NCBI GenBank assembly: GCA_038870975.1
Contig: JAVZJD010000002.1
Location: 463,626-527,625, forward strand
From: Candidatus Bathyarchaeia archaeon
Lineage (GTDB): Archaea; Thermoproteota; CALKCG01; B24
Direction: 5' to 3'
DNA: 64,000 nucleotides
Below, piece after piece: positions 8,803 to 19,080 of the stretch. The translations under genes were made by a program, and so were the position numbers. Positions within the stretch are counted from its first letter, which is position 1. Each line of letters opens with the position of its first letter. Below the pieces are notes generated by a model. The model saw only the letters and a list, made by a program, of their open reading frames with translations, was not told the DNA's origin and searched no databases.

Positions 8803-9834
8803 ATGAAGCTGAGAGAAGGAGACTTCCTTGAAACCTTGGAAGGCTTCATATTCGACGTTAAAGGCTTCTCCCACCCGCCGGACAGAATAATAGCCTATTT
8901 AAGATATGTTCCAGACGACTTTGGAAGTAGAGTTAGATTCGGAGTGAAATACCGTAAAATCTACAGACTTAAGGATAGAGAGGACTTTCTGAGGAAAAAT
9001 GCTCCAGTATACATATTTAGAAGCCCAGTCTTCAACATGGAGATGCAGGGAGTACCTTTAGAAAGAGTTAAACGCGTTTATAACCCCCAACTGAAGGTTA
9101 AACAGCTTATGGAGCTGGGCGTTAAAGACAATGTTGAAAGAGAAGCCTTAGAATTCGTAAAGCTTCTATCCGTTAAATCTGGAGTGCCCATAGAAAGCAT
9201 GGGGCTCTCCGGATCCATACTAGTCGATCTCCACAATGAAAAATCAGACATAGATTTAATAGTCTACGGAGAGGAAAACTCCCTAAAACTGTACAAAGCC
9301 ATCGGAGAGCTTATGAGCGAACACGATGAAGTTAAACCATACAACTTCGACGAGCTAGCTGAACTATACGAGTTTAGATCTCAAGATACGATTATACCGT
9401 TTAAAGCCTTCCTAAAAGCTGAAGGCGGTAAAAAGACACAGGGCAAGTTTATGGGTAGAAGCTTCTTCATAAGATTCCTACACGATTGGAGTGAAATCTC
9501 CGAGAAATACGGTGATAAAATCTACGAACCCATAGGATTCTGCACGATCAAAGCGGAAGTTTCAGACGATTCAGAGTCGATATTCACGCCATGTAGGTAC
9601 ATAGTTTCAAACGTTCAATTCCTATCCGGCGTAAGAATCAACCCAGCTCAAGTAAGAGAAGTCTACTCTTTCAGAGGCAGATTCTGCGAACAGGCGAAAA
9701 CAGGAGATACTATTAGAGCCTCAGGTAAACTTGAGAAGGTTACAGATTTAAACGGTGAATCCTGGTTTAGATTAGTAGTGGGGGGAGATAGAGGAGACTA
9801 CATAATTCCAGAGAACCTTCTAACAAATATCTAA
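8803..9834 (+). CDS. uncharacterised nucleotidyltransferase-fold protein (Pol-beta superfamily motif), paralog 2
   Basis: 343 aa; GLSGSILVDLHNEKSDIDLIVYG; N-terminal FLETxEG and C-terminal VSNVxFLSG blocks shared with 7691-8740. Confidence 0.45.
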   Translation: MKLREGDFLETLEGFIFDVKGFSHPPDRIIAYLRYVPDDFGSRVRFGVKYRKIYRLKDREDFLRKNAPVYIFRSPVFNMEMQGVPLERVKRVYNPQLKVKQLMELGVKDNVEREALEFVKLLSVKSGVPIESMGLSGSILVDLHNEKSDIDLIVYGEENSLKLYKAIGELMSEHDEVKPYNFDELAELYEFRSQDTIIPFKAFLKAEGGKKTQGKFMGRSFFIRFLHDWSEISEKYGDKIYEPIGFCTIKAEVSDDSESIFTPCRYIVSNVQFLSGVRINPAQVREVYSFRGRFCEQAKTGDTIRASGKLEKVTDLNGESWFRLVVGGDRGDYIIPENLLTNI

Positions 9835-9840
9835 GACTGT

Positions 9841-11400
9841 TTAAACACCTACTCGCCGAGCTTTCAAATAGTAGAGCTCTTCAAGCCTACCGACATCGCC
9901 CTTCATACAGAGTTCGATTGCCTCCGGTATGACGTCTAATAGGTCTGACGCAGTCATATGATACCCTATCTTCGAAGCAACTATATCACCAGCTAAACCG
10001 TTTATAAAAGCCGCAGCAGTAGCGGCTTTAAACGGCTCCACACCTTGACTTAGAAAAGTAGCAACTATACCCGTTAAAACGTCTCCAGTACCTCCTACGG
10101 TCATCCCAGGGTTCCCTGTGAAGTTCAACTTAACACGTGTACCGTCGCTTACGATATCTACCATACCTTTAAGCAGTATCGTTAAACCAATTCTAGCAGC
10201 GTTTTCCCTAACGTGAAGCTTCAGTTTTTCAAACTCCTTAGGAGGCTGACCGAATATTAAACTATACTCGCCTAAATGGGGAGTTAAAACCGTAGCATAA
10301 CCAGCCTTAAGCCTGTAAACGGCGTAAGCTTTCAAACCGTCGGCATCTATAACCGTTGGAATATTCTTAGACCAAGCGTAGTCAACTATGAGCTTAAATG
10401 CTTGAAAAGTCTCATCTCTCAAGCCTAAGCCAGGTCCAATAGCTAAACCTGTAGACTTATCGATTAAAGGCTTAAGCTTTTCAAAATGCTCAGGCTTTAA
10501 ATACTCCCCCTCAAGTTTAACCGTTATAAGGTTTGGTGAGAAGCCCGATATTGTATAGGCTGTTTTCTCAGGAGCCGCTATGAAAACCAAGTCTACTCCA
10601 GCTCTCAAAGCAGCCATAGCTGTTAAAGCAGGAGCACCAGTATACGTTTCACACCCACCTACGACCAGAAGTCTACCGAAGTCTCCCTTATGCGATTGAG
10701 GAGGCCTAGGCTTAACAGCTAGGAAAACGTCGCCCGGACCAGCATACATAGAAGCCTCAGGCGGAATACCTATATTTACGACCTTAAGCTCACCAACAAA
10801 ACCCGGGTTATTTAAAAGCCCCTTCTTAGGCTTATGGAAGGTCAAGGTTAAATCCGCTTTGACAGCTTCACCTAAAACCTCACCTGTATCTGCATCTAAG
10901 CCCGTTGGGATATCAACTGCTATTTTAAACCCTTTAGACTCATTGAACGTTCTAACAGCTTGTAGTATCGGCGGCTTGAGCACCCCTTTAACACCATAGC
11001 CTAAAATAGCGTCTATAAGCACGTCGGCATCCTCCGCCTTAAACATAGATGAGTCGTAGGCTTCGACAAACTCTACAGAATCCCTCATCCTAAGCAGAGC
11101 ATTCAAATTGACTTTAGACGATTCTCTAACGACATCTTTAACTCTACCAACTAGAACAACCTTTACTTTAAACCCGTGATATGCTAAGTGTCTAGCGGCT
11201 ACAAAACCATCACCACCATTACCACCAGTCCCAGCATACACAACCACCCTGCAATTCTCCACAGTAAACCTAGATGCTACTTCTCTCGCTACTGCCGCTC
11301 CAGCATTCTCCATAAGCTGAAGCTCGGAAACACCTAGATAAGCGGCGTTAAGCTCTTCAGCATACATTTCACCACTAGTTAAAACGTTCAAAAATATCAC
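9841..11400 (-). CDS. nnr: bifunctional NAD(P)H-hydrate repair enzyme Nnr (epimerase + ADP-dependent dehydratase)
   Basis: 519 aa; YjeF-N motif YAGTGGNGGDGFVAARHL and C-terminal carbohydrate-kinase-like domain (GNPGMTVGGTGDVLTG). Confidence 0.8.
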   Translation of the reverse strand: MIFLNVLTSGEMYAEELNAAYLGVSELQLMENAGAAVAREVASRFTVENCRVVVYAGTGGNGGDGFVAARHLAYHGFKVKVVLVGRVKDVVRESSKVNLNALLRMRDSVEFVEAYDSSMFKAEDADVLIDAILGYGVKGVLKPPILQAVRTFNESKGFKIAVDIPTGLDADTGEVLGEAVKADLTLTFHKPKKGLLNNPGFVGELKVVNIGIPPEASMYAGPGDVFLAVKPRPPQSHKGDFGRLLVVGGCETYTGAPALTAMAALRAGVDLVFIAAPEKTAYTISGFSPNLITVKLEGEYLKPEHFEKLKPLIDKSTGLAIGPGLGLRDETFQAFKLIVDYAWSKNIPTVIDADGLKAYAVYRLKAGYATVLTPHLGEYSLIFGQPPKEFEKLKLHVRENAARIGLTILLKGMVDIVSDGTRVKLNFTGNPGMTVGGTGDVLTGIVATFLSQGVEPFKAATAAAFINGLAGDIVASKIGYHMTASDLLDVIPEAIELCMKGDVGRLEELYYLKARRVGV

Positions 11401-11477
11401 ACCTATACCGAGTTTAAATACACGGTGCTTTTAAAGATTCATCGCTAGACTACAGCTTTTAAATATACGAACAAGGC

Positions 11478-11990
11478 TTGATACATTTGACCGATATGGT
11501 ACTTGCAGGCTTAATATCTGATACACATGACAATCTAACCGCTATAGATAAAGCCGTAGAACTATTCAACCGTAGAAGCGTTAAACTGGTTATCCACGCC
11601 GGAGATTGGTGTGCACCATTCGCAATGTTAAGGTTTAAAGAGCTTAAATGTAGCCTAGTAGGAGTCTACGGAAACGTCGATGGCGAACGTGAGAAGCTTA
11701 AAGAAAGAGCCGTAGAGCTTGGATTCAAATTGGATACGTTTGAAGAATTCAACCTAGATGGGTTAAACTGTGCAGTTCTACATGGCGTAGACGAACGTAT
11801 AGTTAAGGCTTTAGCTTTGAGCGGTCTCTACAGAGTTTTAGTCAGAGGACATACCCATAAAACCACGCTGGAGAGAATAGGAGAATGCATCGTTGTAAAC
11901 CCTGGTGAGGCATGTGGATATCTCACAGGAAGGAAAACAGCGGCTATTCTAGACTCTGAAACCTTGAATATAGAAATTGTCGATTTGTAG
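11478..11990 (+). CDS. metallophosphoesterase (YfcE/MJ0936-type phosphodiesterase)
   Basis: 170 aa; GLISDTHDN, VIHAGDW, GNVDGE, GHTH motifs of calcineurin-like phosphoesterases. Confidence 0.75.
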   Translation: MIHLTDMVLAGLISDTHDNLTAIDKAVELFNRRSVKLVIHAGDWCAPFAMLRFKELKCSLVGVYGNVDGEREKLKERAVELGFKLDTFEEFNLDGLNCAVLHGVDERIVKALALSGLYRVLVRGHTHKTTLERIGECIVVNPGEACGYLTGRKTAAILDSETLNIEIVDL

Positions 11991-12034
11991 GCTTAAAGCG
12001 CTATGAAAAACTTTATAATTTAAAGTCTTTCCTA

Positions 12035-13084
12035 ATGAAAGCTGGTGATACCTTGCCAGTACCTGTAGCGATAAACGGATTTGGGAGGATCGGTAGACTT
12101 CTGTTTAGAGCAGCTTTAGAGAGAGACATAGGTATAGACTTTGTAGCCGTAAACGACTTGACGGATGCAAAAACACTAGCACATCTACTCAAATACGACA
12201 GTACATTCGGCAAAGCCCCATTCGACGTTAAAGTTGAAGGAAATACCATAATCGCTAAAAACGTCAAAATAACCGTCTTATCCCAGCCAGACATAACTAA
12301 GCTTCCATGGAAAGACCTAGGGGTATACGCTGTAGTCGAATCGACTGGAAGATTTACGAGGAGGGATGACGCCGCAAAACACTTGGCAGCTGGAGCTAAG
12401 AAGGTTTTAGTATCTGCACCAATGAGACCAGCCGAATCGGCCGATATAACCGTCGTGATAGGTGTTAACGACCATCTGTATGACCATGAGAAGCACAACA
12501 TAATTTCTCTTGCATCTTGTACGACAAACGCGGTAGCTCCCTTGGCGAAAGTCTTAAACGAACAGTTCGGCATGGAGTGTGGTTTAATGAATACTGTACA
12601 CGCCGTTACAAACGACCAAAGACTACTAGATATGCAGCATACAGACCTTAGAAGAGCTAGGTCAGCTTCTTGGAACATAGTACCTACGACGACCGGAGCC
12701 GCTGAAGCGGCTACGCTGACCTTACCAGAGCTTAAGGGTAGAATGACTGGAATAGCTCTAAGAGTACCTGTGCCAACGGTTTCAATAATAGATTTAACGG
12801 CTATACTGAAGCGTGAAGTAACAGCTGCAGACGTAAATAAAGCGTTTAAAGAAGCCTCTGAAAAACCACCACTAAAAGGAATACTCGGCTACACTGATGA
12901 AGAACTTGTATCCACGGATTTCATCAAATGTCCATACTCTTCGGTCGTAGATGGACCTATGACCAAAGCCATAGGTAGACTCGTCAAGGTTCTATCGTGG
13001 TATGACAACGAGTGGGGCTACTCATGCCGTATGGCTGAAATGGTGAAGAGAATCTGCGATATCGCCGAACGTAAAGGCTATTAA
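12035..13084 (+). CDS. gap: glyceraldehyde-3-phosphate dehydrogenase, class I (bacterial/eukaryal type)
   Basis: 349 aa; INGFGRIGR NAD-binding motif and active-site ASCTTNAVAP. Confidence 0.85.
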   Translation: MKAGDTLPVPVAINGFGRIGRLLFRAALERDIGIDFVAVNDLTDAKTLAHLLKYDSTFGKAPFDVKVEGNTIIAKNVKITVLSQPDITKLPWKDLGVYAVVESTGRFTRRDDAAKHLAAGAKKVLVSAPMRPAESADITVVIGVNDHLYDHEKHNIISLASCTTNAVAPLAKVLNEQFGMECGLMNTVHAVTNDQRLLDMQHTDLRRARSASWNIVPTTTGAAEAATLTLPELKGRMTGIALRVPVPTVSIIDLTAILKREVTAADVNKAFKEASEKPPLKGILGYTDEELVSTDFIKCPYSSVVDGPMTKAIGRLVKVLSWYDNEWGYSCRMAEMVKRICDIAERKGY

Positions 13085-13099
13085 AAGGTGAGAAGCCTA

Positions 13100-14320
13100 A
13101 TGTTTGAATTTCCAACCCTCAGCGATTTTTATTTTTATGGAAAAACTGTGCTTGTCAGGCCGGACTTCAACGTACCTATAGATCCAAACTCTAAAAAAAT
13201 ACTTGACGATTCACGCATCAGAGACCATGTAGAGACTATTAGAGAACTATGTGTAAAAGGTGCCAGAGTAGTTATAATAGCGCATCAGGGAAGACCAGGC
13301 GACCCGGACTACTTAGAATCTTTAAAAGAACATGCCGAGGTTCTCAGTAGTATCCTAGATAGACCTGTGAAATATGTACACGACCTGTTTGGGGAGGAGG
13401 CAAAGAATGCTATACGAAGTCTTAAACCTGGAGAAGTTTTAATGCTTAAAAACGTAAGAAGCTTCCCTGAAGAGGCTAAAGATAAAACACCCGAGGAACA
13501 TTCAAAGTCTAAATTGGTTCAAGAGCTAGCACCGTTGATAGACGTGTTTGTTTTAGATGGTTTCTCTGTAGCGCATAGGGGGCATTGTTCAGTCGTAGGT
13601 TTTGCACCCGTTAAACCAGTTTGCGCAGGCAGGGTTATGGAGAGAGAGCTTAATGCACTCTCAAGGGTTTTTGAAAAACCCGAGAAACCGATGGTATGCA
13701 TACTAGGTGGAGCTAAAGCAGAGAAAACCGTAACGATAGTTGAGTACATGCTTAAAAACAACATAGCAGATTACGTCCTAACCGGAGGATTAGTAAGTCA
13801 ACTTTTCCTAACGGCTAAAGGCGTAAACCTCGGAGATGTAAACATCGAAGTCCTTAAACGTAAGAAGCTGTATGAACTCATACCTAAGGCAAGGGAACTG
13901 TTGGAAAAGTATGGAGGTAGGGTTAAACTTCCAGTAGACGTAGCTCTAGATGTAGATGGAAAGAGGGTTGAAATAGAAGTTTTTAAACTACCCTCTGAAA
14001 AACCTATATCGGATATAGGCGTTAAAACAACGGAGGAATACGGAAAACTCCTATCAAATGCCAACTCTATACTTGTAAGTGGACCATTAGGCGTTTACGA
14101 GAAGGAAGCATTCATAGAAGGAAGCAAGAGAGTTTTCGAAGCCGTCGCTTCAACTAGGGCTTATAAGGTTGCAGGTGGAGGAGATACCGCGGCTGTGCTA
14201 AGGAAGCTCAATCTATACGATAAGTTTGACTACGTAAGCTTAGCTGGCGGAGCATTCATAGAATACATAACCGGGGAGAAACTACCAGGTGTTGAAATAC
14301 TAAAACGTAGACAGGGTTGA
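13100..14320 (+). CDS. pgk: phosphoglycerate kinase
   Basis: N-terminal GKTVLVRPDFNVP; ORF track starts at GTG 13088, ATG 13100 preceded by AAGGTGAG is the likelier start. Confidence 0.85.
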   Translation: MFEFPTLSDFYFYGKTVLVRPDFNVPIDPNSKKILDDSRIRDHVETIRELCVKGARVVIIAHQGRPGDPDYLESLKEHAEVLSSILDRPVKYVHDLFGEEAKNAIRSLKPGEVLMLKNVRSFPEEAKDKTPEEHSKSKLVQELAPLIDVFVLDGFSVAHRGHCSVVGFAPVKPVCAGRVMERELNALSRVFEKPEKPMVCILGGAKAEKTVTIVEYMLKNNIADYVLTGGLVSQLFLTAKGVNLGDVNIEVLKRKKLYELIPKARELLEKYGGRVKLPVDVALDVDGKRVEIEVFKLPSEKPISDIGVKTTEEYGKLLSNANSILVSGPLGVYEKEAFIEGSKRVFEAVASTRAYKVAGGGDTAAVLRKLNLYDKFDYVSLAGGAFIEYITGEKLPGVEILKRRQG

Positions 14321-14373
14321 AAAGTTTTATATTTACGATTCACATCATCTATTTTTGACCTAGGAGGAAGGGA

Positions 14374-14682
14374 ATGCAGGAAATTTGTAAGGTGTGTGGT
14401 CTACCGAAGGACCTATGTGTCTGTGGAACTCTCAGCAAAGAGCAACAGAAGGTTCTAATAAAACTCGAAAAGCGCAGGTATGGAAAACTAACCACTGTAG
14501 TTGAAGGTATAAATGATAAAAACATAAACCTCAGGAGGATTGCTCAAGACCTTAAAACCATATGTGCATGCGGTGGAACAGCTAAAGAAAATAAGATAAT
14601 CCTCCAAGGAGACCATAGAGATAAAGTCAAAAACTACTTAACTAGAATGGGGTTCCCAGAATCAAACATAGAAGTCGAATAG
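14374..14682 (+). CDS. translation initiation factor SUI1 (aSUI1/eIF1 family)
   Basis: 102 aa; N-terminal Cys-rich segment then SUI1 core (KLTTVVEGI...IILQGDHRDKV). Confidence 0.75.
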   Translation: MQEICKVCGLPKDLCVCGTLSKEQQKVLIKLEKRRYGKLTTVVEGINDKNINLRRIAQDLKTICACGGTAKENKIILQGDHRDKVKNYLTRMGFPESNIEVE

Positions 14683-14692
14683 CAAAAGAAAA

Positions 14693-15664
14693 CTAAACAT
14701 TTAAAGCTAAAGCCCTCTTCAAACCATTATATCTATTGCGGATAGTAACCTCTGTAACGTTAGCTGCTTCAGCCACCTCCTTCTGAGTCTTCTTCTCCTT
14801 CTCCAAAGTACACGCCATATATAGAGCTGCAGCCGCTAAACCCATTGGGTCTTTACCTGAAGCTGCTTTCAACTCTTGAGCCTTCCTAAGAATATCTATG
14901 GCCAACTGTTGACACTTCTCACTTACATCTATCTTAGAGGCTATTTTTGACACGCATTTAATCGGGTCAGCTATAGGCATCACTATGTCAAGCTCTTTAA
15001 GCAGAAGCCTATAACATCGAGCTATGTCCTTCTTAGGAATTATACTGACTTCTGCGACCTCTTTAAGAGTCCTAGGCGTCTCCGTCTGCCGGCAAGCAGC
15101 ATACAATGCTGCAGCAGCTATAGCGGCTATACTCCTGCCTCGAACTAAACCTTTATCTAAAGCCTTCCTATAGATTAAGGCGGCCTTCTCTTTAACGAGT
15201 GGAGGGATGTGAAGTTTATCCGATAGTCTGTCGAGCTCAGCCATCGCTTGGCTAAGGTTACGTTCAATGGAGGAGTGAACTCTACTCCTTATCTGCCAAC
15301 GTCTAAGTCTAAGCATTCTAAGCCTCATATCCAGCGGCAGTTCATGTCCAAATGCATCTCTATTAATCCTAGTTATAACAGTAGATAGGCCCTTATCATG
15401 GACAGAGTAAGATATAGGTATACCTACTCTAGCTCTCTCCTCTCTCTCCTCTTGCGTAAAAGCCCTCCACTCTGGACCCTGATCCATAAGCTGACTGCTT
15501 ATCACAAGCCCACAAGCTCTACAGACTGTTTCACCCTTCTCATAGTCTATGACGACATCTGAACTCCCACATTCCGGGCAAACTTCAACTTTAGAAGACG
15601 ATTTTTTAGTCTTTTCACTAGATGAATCATCTAAGCTACTTCTTTTGATGTCGACAGCACTCAT
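14693..15664 (-). CDS. tfb: transcription initiation factor IIB (TFB)
   Basis: 323 aa; N-terminal zinc ribbon CPECGS...CRACG and two cyclin-like repeats. Confidence 0.9.
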   Translation of the reverse strand: MSAVDIKRSSLDDSSSEKTKKSSSKVEVCPECGSSDVVIDYEKGETVCRACGLVISSQLMDQGPEWRAFTQEEREERARVGIPISYSVHDKGLSTVITRINRDAFGHELPLDMRLRMLRLRRWQIRSRVHSSIERNLSQAMAELDRLSDKLHIPPLVKEKAALIYRKALDKGLVRGRSIAAIAAAALYAACRQTETPRTLKEVAEVSIIPKKDIARCYRLLLKELDIVMPIADPIKCVSKIASKIDVSEKCQQLAIDILRKAQELKAASGKDPMGLAAAALYMACTLEKEKKTQKEVAEAANVTEVTIRNRYNGLKRALALNV

Positions 15665-15844
15665 AGGACCTTCCTCATAGGGATGATAACTCCTCCAAGC
15701 CGTTTAACCTAGAAGGAGGAGCCACATTTCTCGCGTAGAAAAATTGATTTAAAAAAGTTATATATAAGCTTTATCATTTTGTGATGGTTTAAAATTAGAA
15801 AAACTTAAAACATAAGAAGCTACAAAAGTATAAAATGGAAGCAA

Positions 15845-15959
15845 GCGGGGGTTGCCGAGTCAGGACAAAGGCGCAGGACTTAAGATCTCAAAAGTAAAAG
15901 GGTCTAGATTGGAAATCCTGTGGCGTAGGCCTTCGTGGGTTCGAATCCCACCCCCCGCA
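15845..15959 (+). tRNA. tRNA-Leu (anticodon UAA) with ~30-nt intron in the anticodon loop
   Basis: Acceptor GCGGGGG/CCCCCGC plus discriminator A, T-arm GTGGGTTCGAATCCCAC, long variable arm, anticodon stem CAGGA/TCCTG separated by CTTAAG plus a ~30-nt insert. Confidence 0.7.
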
Positions 15960-16325
15960 CTAAAATTCAGTTACTAATTTTATTTTGCTCTTAAACTAGA
16001 AATCCTACCAGTTCAATTAGAGTAAATGCAACTTTGAAGTCGAATAGCATCGACTTCATAAATATGATCTATCCCTATTAGAGGTGAAGCTTTAGTACTT
16101 ATTGAAGTTAAAAAGAGAAGTTGCCTCAACGTTTTTAAACATACCAATCTTACAGTTTCACCTGCAAAGTCTTAAGAATCTATAAGGATTCCTATTAACT
16201 AGACATCTTCTCCACAAATTTCAAAATTACAAAAAATGTGTTGAATTTCTTAATTGGTATTTCAGCTAATATTTTACAACCTTTAACGCTTTAAGGTGGA
16301 TATCCACTCGTATCTCGTGCTAACC

Positions 16326-16748
16326 TTACATGGAAGTAATACCATGTTTGGCTCGTTCTATCATGATGCAAACGCCATATACTACGTCAATACCGTTCTC
16401 CTTGCAAAATTTGATGGCTTTTTCCGACTCCGAACCTGGTTGCATCCAAACTTTTGTGATTCCAAGTCTTTTGCAAGTTTCAACTATGTGCTCTGTCACT
16501 TTCGGAGGAACCACGACATCAACAACATCTGGTTTTACGGGCAAGCTTTCGAGGTCTGGATAACATTTATCACCTAGGATTTCCTGTGCATTTGGATTTA
16601 CCGCATAGACTTTGTATCCCGCATTTTTCAAGTCTTTATACACTTGGTAACCATATTTTTTGGGATCGCGACTTACACCAACAACGGCGAAGATATTTCT
16701 TTTGTCTAGAAAAGACCTTATTAATTCTTGTTCACTCACATCCCACAT
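16326..16748 (-). CDS. CoA-binding domain protein
   Basis: 140 aa; IFAVVGVSRDPKKYGYQVYKDL...VYAVNP pattern of YccU-like CoA-binding proteins. Confidence 0.7.
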   Translation of the reverse strand: MWDVSEQELIRSFLDKRNIFAVVGVSRDPKKYGYQVYKDLKNAGYKVYAVNPNAQEILGDKCYPDLESLPVKPDVVDVVVPPKVTEHIVETCKRLGITKVWMQPGSESEKAIKFCKENGIDVVYGVCIMIERAKHGITSM

Positions 16749-16855
16749 TTAAACTCTCACTCTCATTTAATTTTTACATACGAATTATTGATGCTCAGGA
16801 ATAATAAAACTGAAATACTGTTGAAGATTCTTAGAAAATATTGGGGAGAAAATTT

Positions 16856-19027
16856 ATGGAAAAATTAGAAGTTGAGAAAATTATTTCGCAAATGACTTTA
16901 GAGGAGAAGGCTAGGTCTGTTGTGGGTGTGGGATTACCCAGTTTATTCGGAAACCCACATTCACGGGTTCAGGGAGCCGCTGGTGAAACCCACCCAATAC
17001 CTAGGCTTGGAATTCCATCAGCCGTTTTATCGGATGGACCAGCTGGTCTTAGAATAAACCCTACGAGGGAGGGGGATGAGAAAACCTATCACGCTACGGC
17101 TTTTCCGATTGAAACCATGCTAGCTTCAACCTGGAATAGAGAGGTTTTAGAAGAGGTTGGAAGAGCTATTGGAGAAGAAGTTAGAGAGTATGGTGTAGAT
17201 ATCCTCCTCGCACCTGCTATGAATATCCACAGGAATCCACTCTGCGGTAGAAACTTTGAGTACTATTCAGAGGATCCTCTACTTACGGGTGAAATGGCGG
17301 CCTCCTTTGTAAGAGGTGTTCAATCCCAGGGGGTAGGCGCCTGTTTAAAGCACTTCGCCGCTAACAATCAAGAAACGAACCGTATGATAATCGACACTAT
17401 TGTTTCAGAGAGAGCTTTAAGAGAAATCTATCTTAAGGGTTTTGAAATAGCCGTTAAAAAGTCGAAGCCTTGGGCTATAATGAGTGCATATAATAGGCTA
17501 AATGGCAAATACTGCTCACAGAATCAATGGCTTTTAACAAAGGTTTTAAGAGAAGAATGGGGCTTCGAAGGATTCGTAATGACGGATTGGTATGCAGGTG
17601 ACGACCCGGTTGAGCAGATGAACGCTGGAAATGACCTCATAATGCCTGGTAAAGCCTATCAGATAAACCCGAAGAGGAAAGATGAAGTTGAAGAGATCGT
17701 AAATGCGGTTAAAGATGGGAGATTAAACGAAGAGGTATTAAATAGAAACGTTAAGAGTGTTCTGAGGGTTCTCTTAAACTCACCATCTTTTAAAGGGTAT
17801 GAATATACGAATAAACCAGACCTTGAAGGACATGCAAAGATCGCCTATAGAGCTGGTGTTGAGGGGGCGGTACTACTTAAAAATGATAATGCATTACCAA
17901 TTAGAGAAGGCGCTAGAATAGCCATATTCGGGGTTGGACAGATAGAGACAGTTAAGGGTGGAACAGGAAGCGGTGACACTCATCCAAGGTATGTCATATC
18001 CATACTTGAAGGCTTAAAGGAGAAGAATCTCAAAATCGATGAGGAATTGGCGAAAGTCTATGAAGACTATATTAGAGAAATGAGGGGGAAAGAAGAATAT
18101 AAGATTAGAAGAACGTTCTTTGGAACCCCCATAGTGCCTAAACTTCCAGAAGACTTCTTAAGCATAGAAAGCTTAGAAGAAGTTGCAAGTAGGAATGACG
18201 TGGGAGTAATTGTGATCAGTAGAATATCAGGTGAAGGCTACGATAGAAAACCTGACAAGGGAGACTTCTACCTTAGTGATGATGAATATAGACTAATAGA
18301 GAAGGTTTCTCAAGCATTCCGAGCAAGAGGTAAAAAAGTAATAGTTCTATTGAACATAGGTGGGCCAATAGAGGTTGTCAGTTGGAGAAGCCTAGTAGAT
18401 GGGATCCTAGTCGTATGGCAGGCTGGTCAGGAAGCTGGAAGAATAATAGCAGACCTACTTATTGGAAAGGTTAATCCCTCTGGGAAGCTTCCAACAACCT
18501 TCCCAAAAAACTACCTAGACATCCCATCGTGGAACTTCCCGGGAGAACCAAAGGACAACCCTCGTAAGGTTGTCTACGATGAAGGAATATACGTTGGCTA
18601 TAGATACTACGACACTTTCAACGTGGAGCCAGCTTATGAATTTGGCTTTGGACTTTCATATACGACATTTGACTATAGAGACCTTAAAATAATGAAGACG
18701 GAAAACTCTGTAAAAATCTCCTTTACGATTGTAAATAGCGGTAAATTCCCCGGGAAAGAAGTTGCACAAGTCTACGTAAGAGCACCTAAGGGAGCTATAG
18801 ATAAACCCCTCCAGGAGCTGAAGGGTTTCCATAAGACAAGACTTCTAAACCCAGGTGAGTCGGAAAACGTAGAGGTTGAAATTGATCTAAGAGAACTCTC
18901 AAGCTTTAACTGTGGAAGATGGCTATTGGAAAAAGGCGAATACGAAGTAAGAGCTGGAGCTTCCTCAAGAGACATCAGGTTGACTGGTATCTTCACTATA
19001 GATAAGGAGGAAAAATATTATCCGTAA
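16856..19027 (+). CDS. glycoside hydrolase family 3 beta-glucosidase
   Basis: GH3 domain motifs (KHFAANNQE, VMTDW, GEGYDR); GGGGAG precedes ATG 16856 (track start is TTG 16841). Confidence 0.85.
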   Translation: MEKLEVEKIISQMTLEEKARSVVGVGLPSLFGNPHSRVQGAAGETHPIPRLGIPSAVLSDGPAGLRINPTREGDEKTYHATAFPIETMLASTWNREVLEEVGRAIGEEVREYGVDILLAPAMNIHRNPLCGRNFEYYSEDPLLTGEMAASFVRGVQSQGVGACLKHFAANNQETNRMIIDTIVSERALREIYLKGFEIAVKKSKPWAIMSAYNRLNGKYCSQNQWLLTKVLREEWGFEGFVMTDWYAGDDPVEQMNAGNDLIMPGKAYQINPKRKDEVEEIVNAVKDGRLNEEVLNRNVKSVLRVLLNSPSFKGYEYTNKPDLEGHAKIAYRAGVEGAVLLKNDNALPIREGARIAIFGVGQIETVKGGTGSGDTHPRYVISILEGLKEKNLKIDEELAKVYEDYIREMRGKEEYKIRRTFFGTPIVPKLPEDFLSIESLEEVASRNDVGVIVISRISGEGYDRKPDKGDFYLSDDEYRLIEKVSQAFRARGKKVIVLLNIGGPIEVVSWRSLVDGILVVWQAGQEAGRIIADLLIGKVNPSGKLPTTFPKNYLDIPSWNFPGEPKDNPRKVVYDEGIYVGYRYYDTFNVEPAYEFGFGLSYTTFDYRDLKIMKTENSVKISFTIVNSGKFPGKEVAQVYVRAPKGAIDKPLQELKGFHKTRLLNPGESENVEVEIDLRELSSFNCGRWLLEKGEYEVRAGASSRDIRLTGIFTIDKEEKYYP

Positions 19028-19080
19028 AATCAAAATCTTCTATTTTTCCATCAATTGTTCTATTTTAACGTTAATCTAAA

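Noticed and set aside
12013-12678. 221-aa minus-strand ORF
   Set aside because: Lies entirely antisense within the well-supported GAPDH gene; low-complexity Ser/Ala-rich translation; shadow ORF
16035-16058. Perfect 8-bp stem hairpin TGAAGTCG-AATAGCAT-CGACTTCA, sharing the 14-mer GAAGTCGAATAGCA with the end of the SUI1 gene (14671-14684)
   Set aside because: A single 14-mer match is within chance expectation for a 64-kb window, and the hairpin is far from any gene end; no support for an RNA gene
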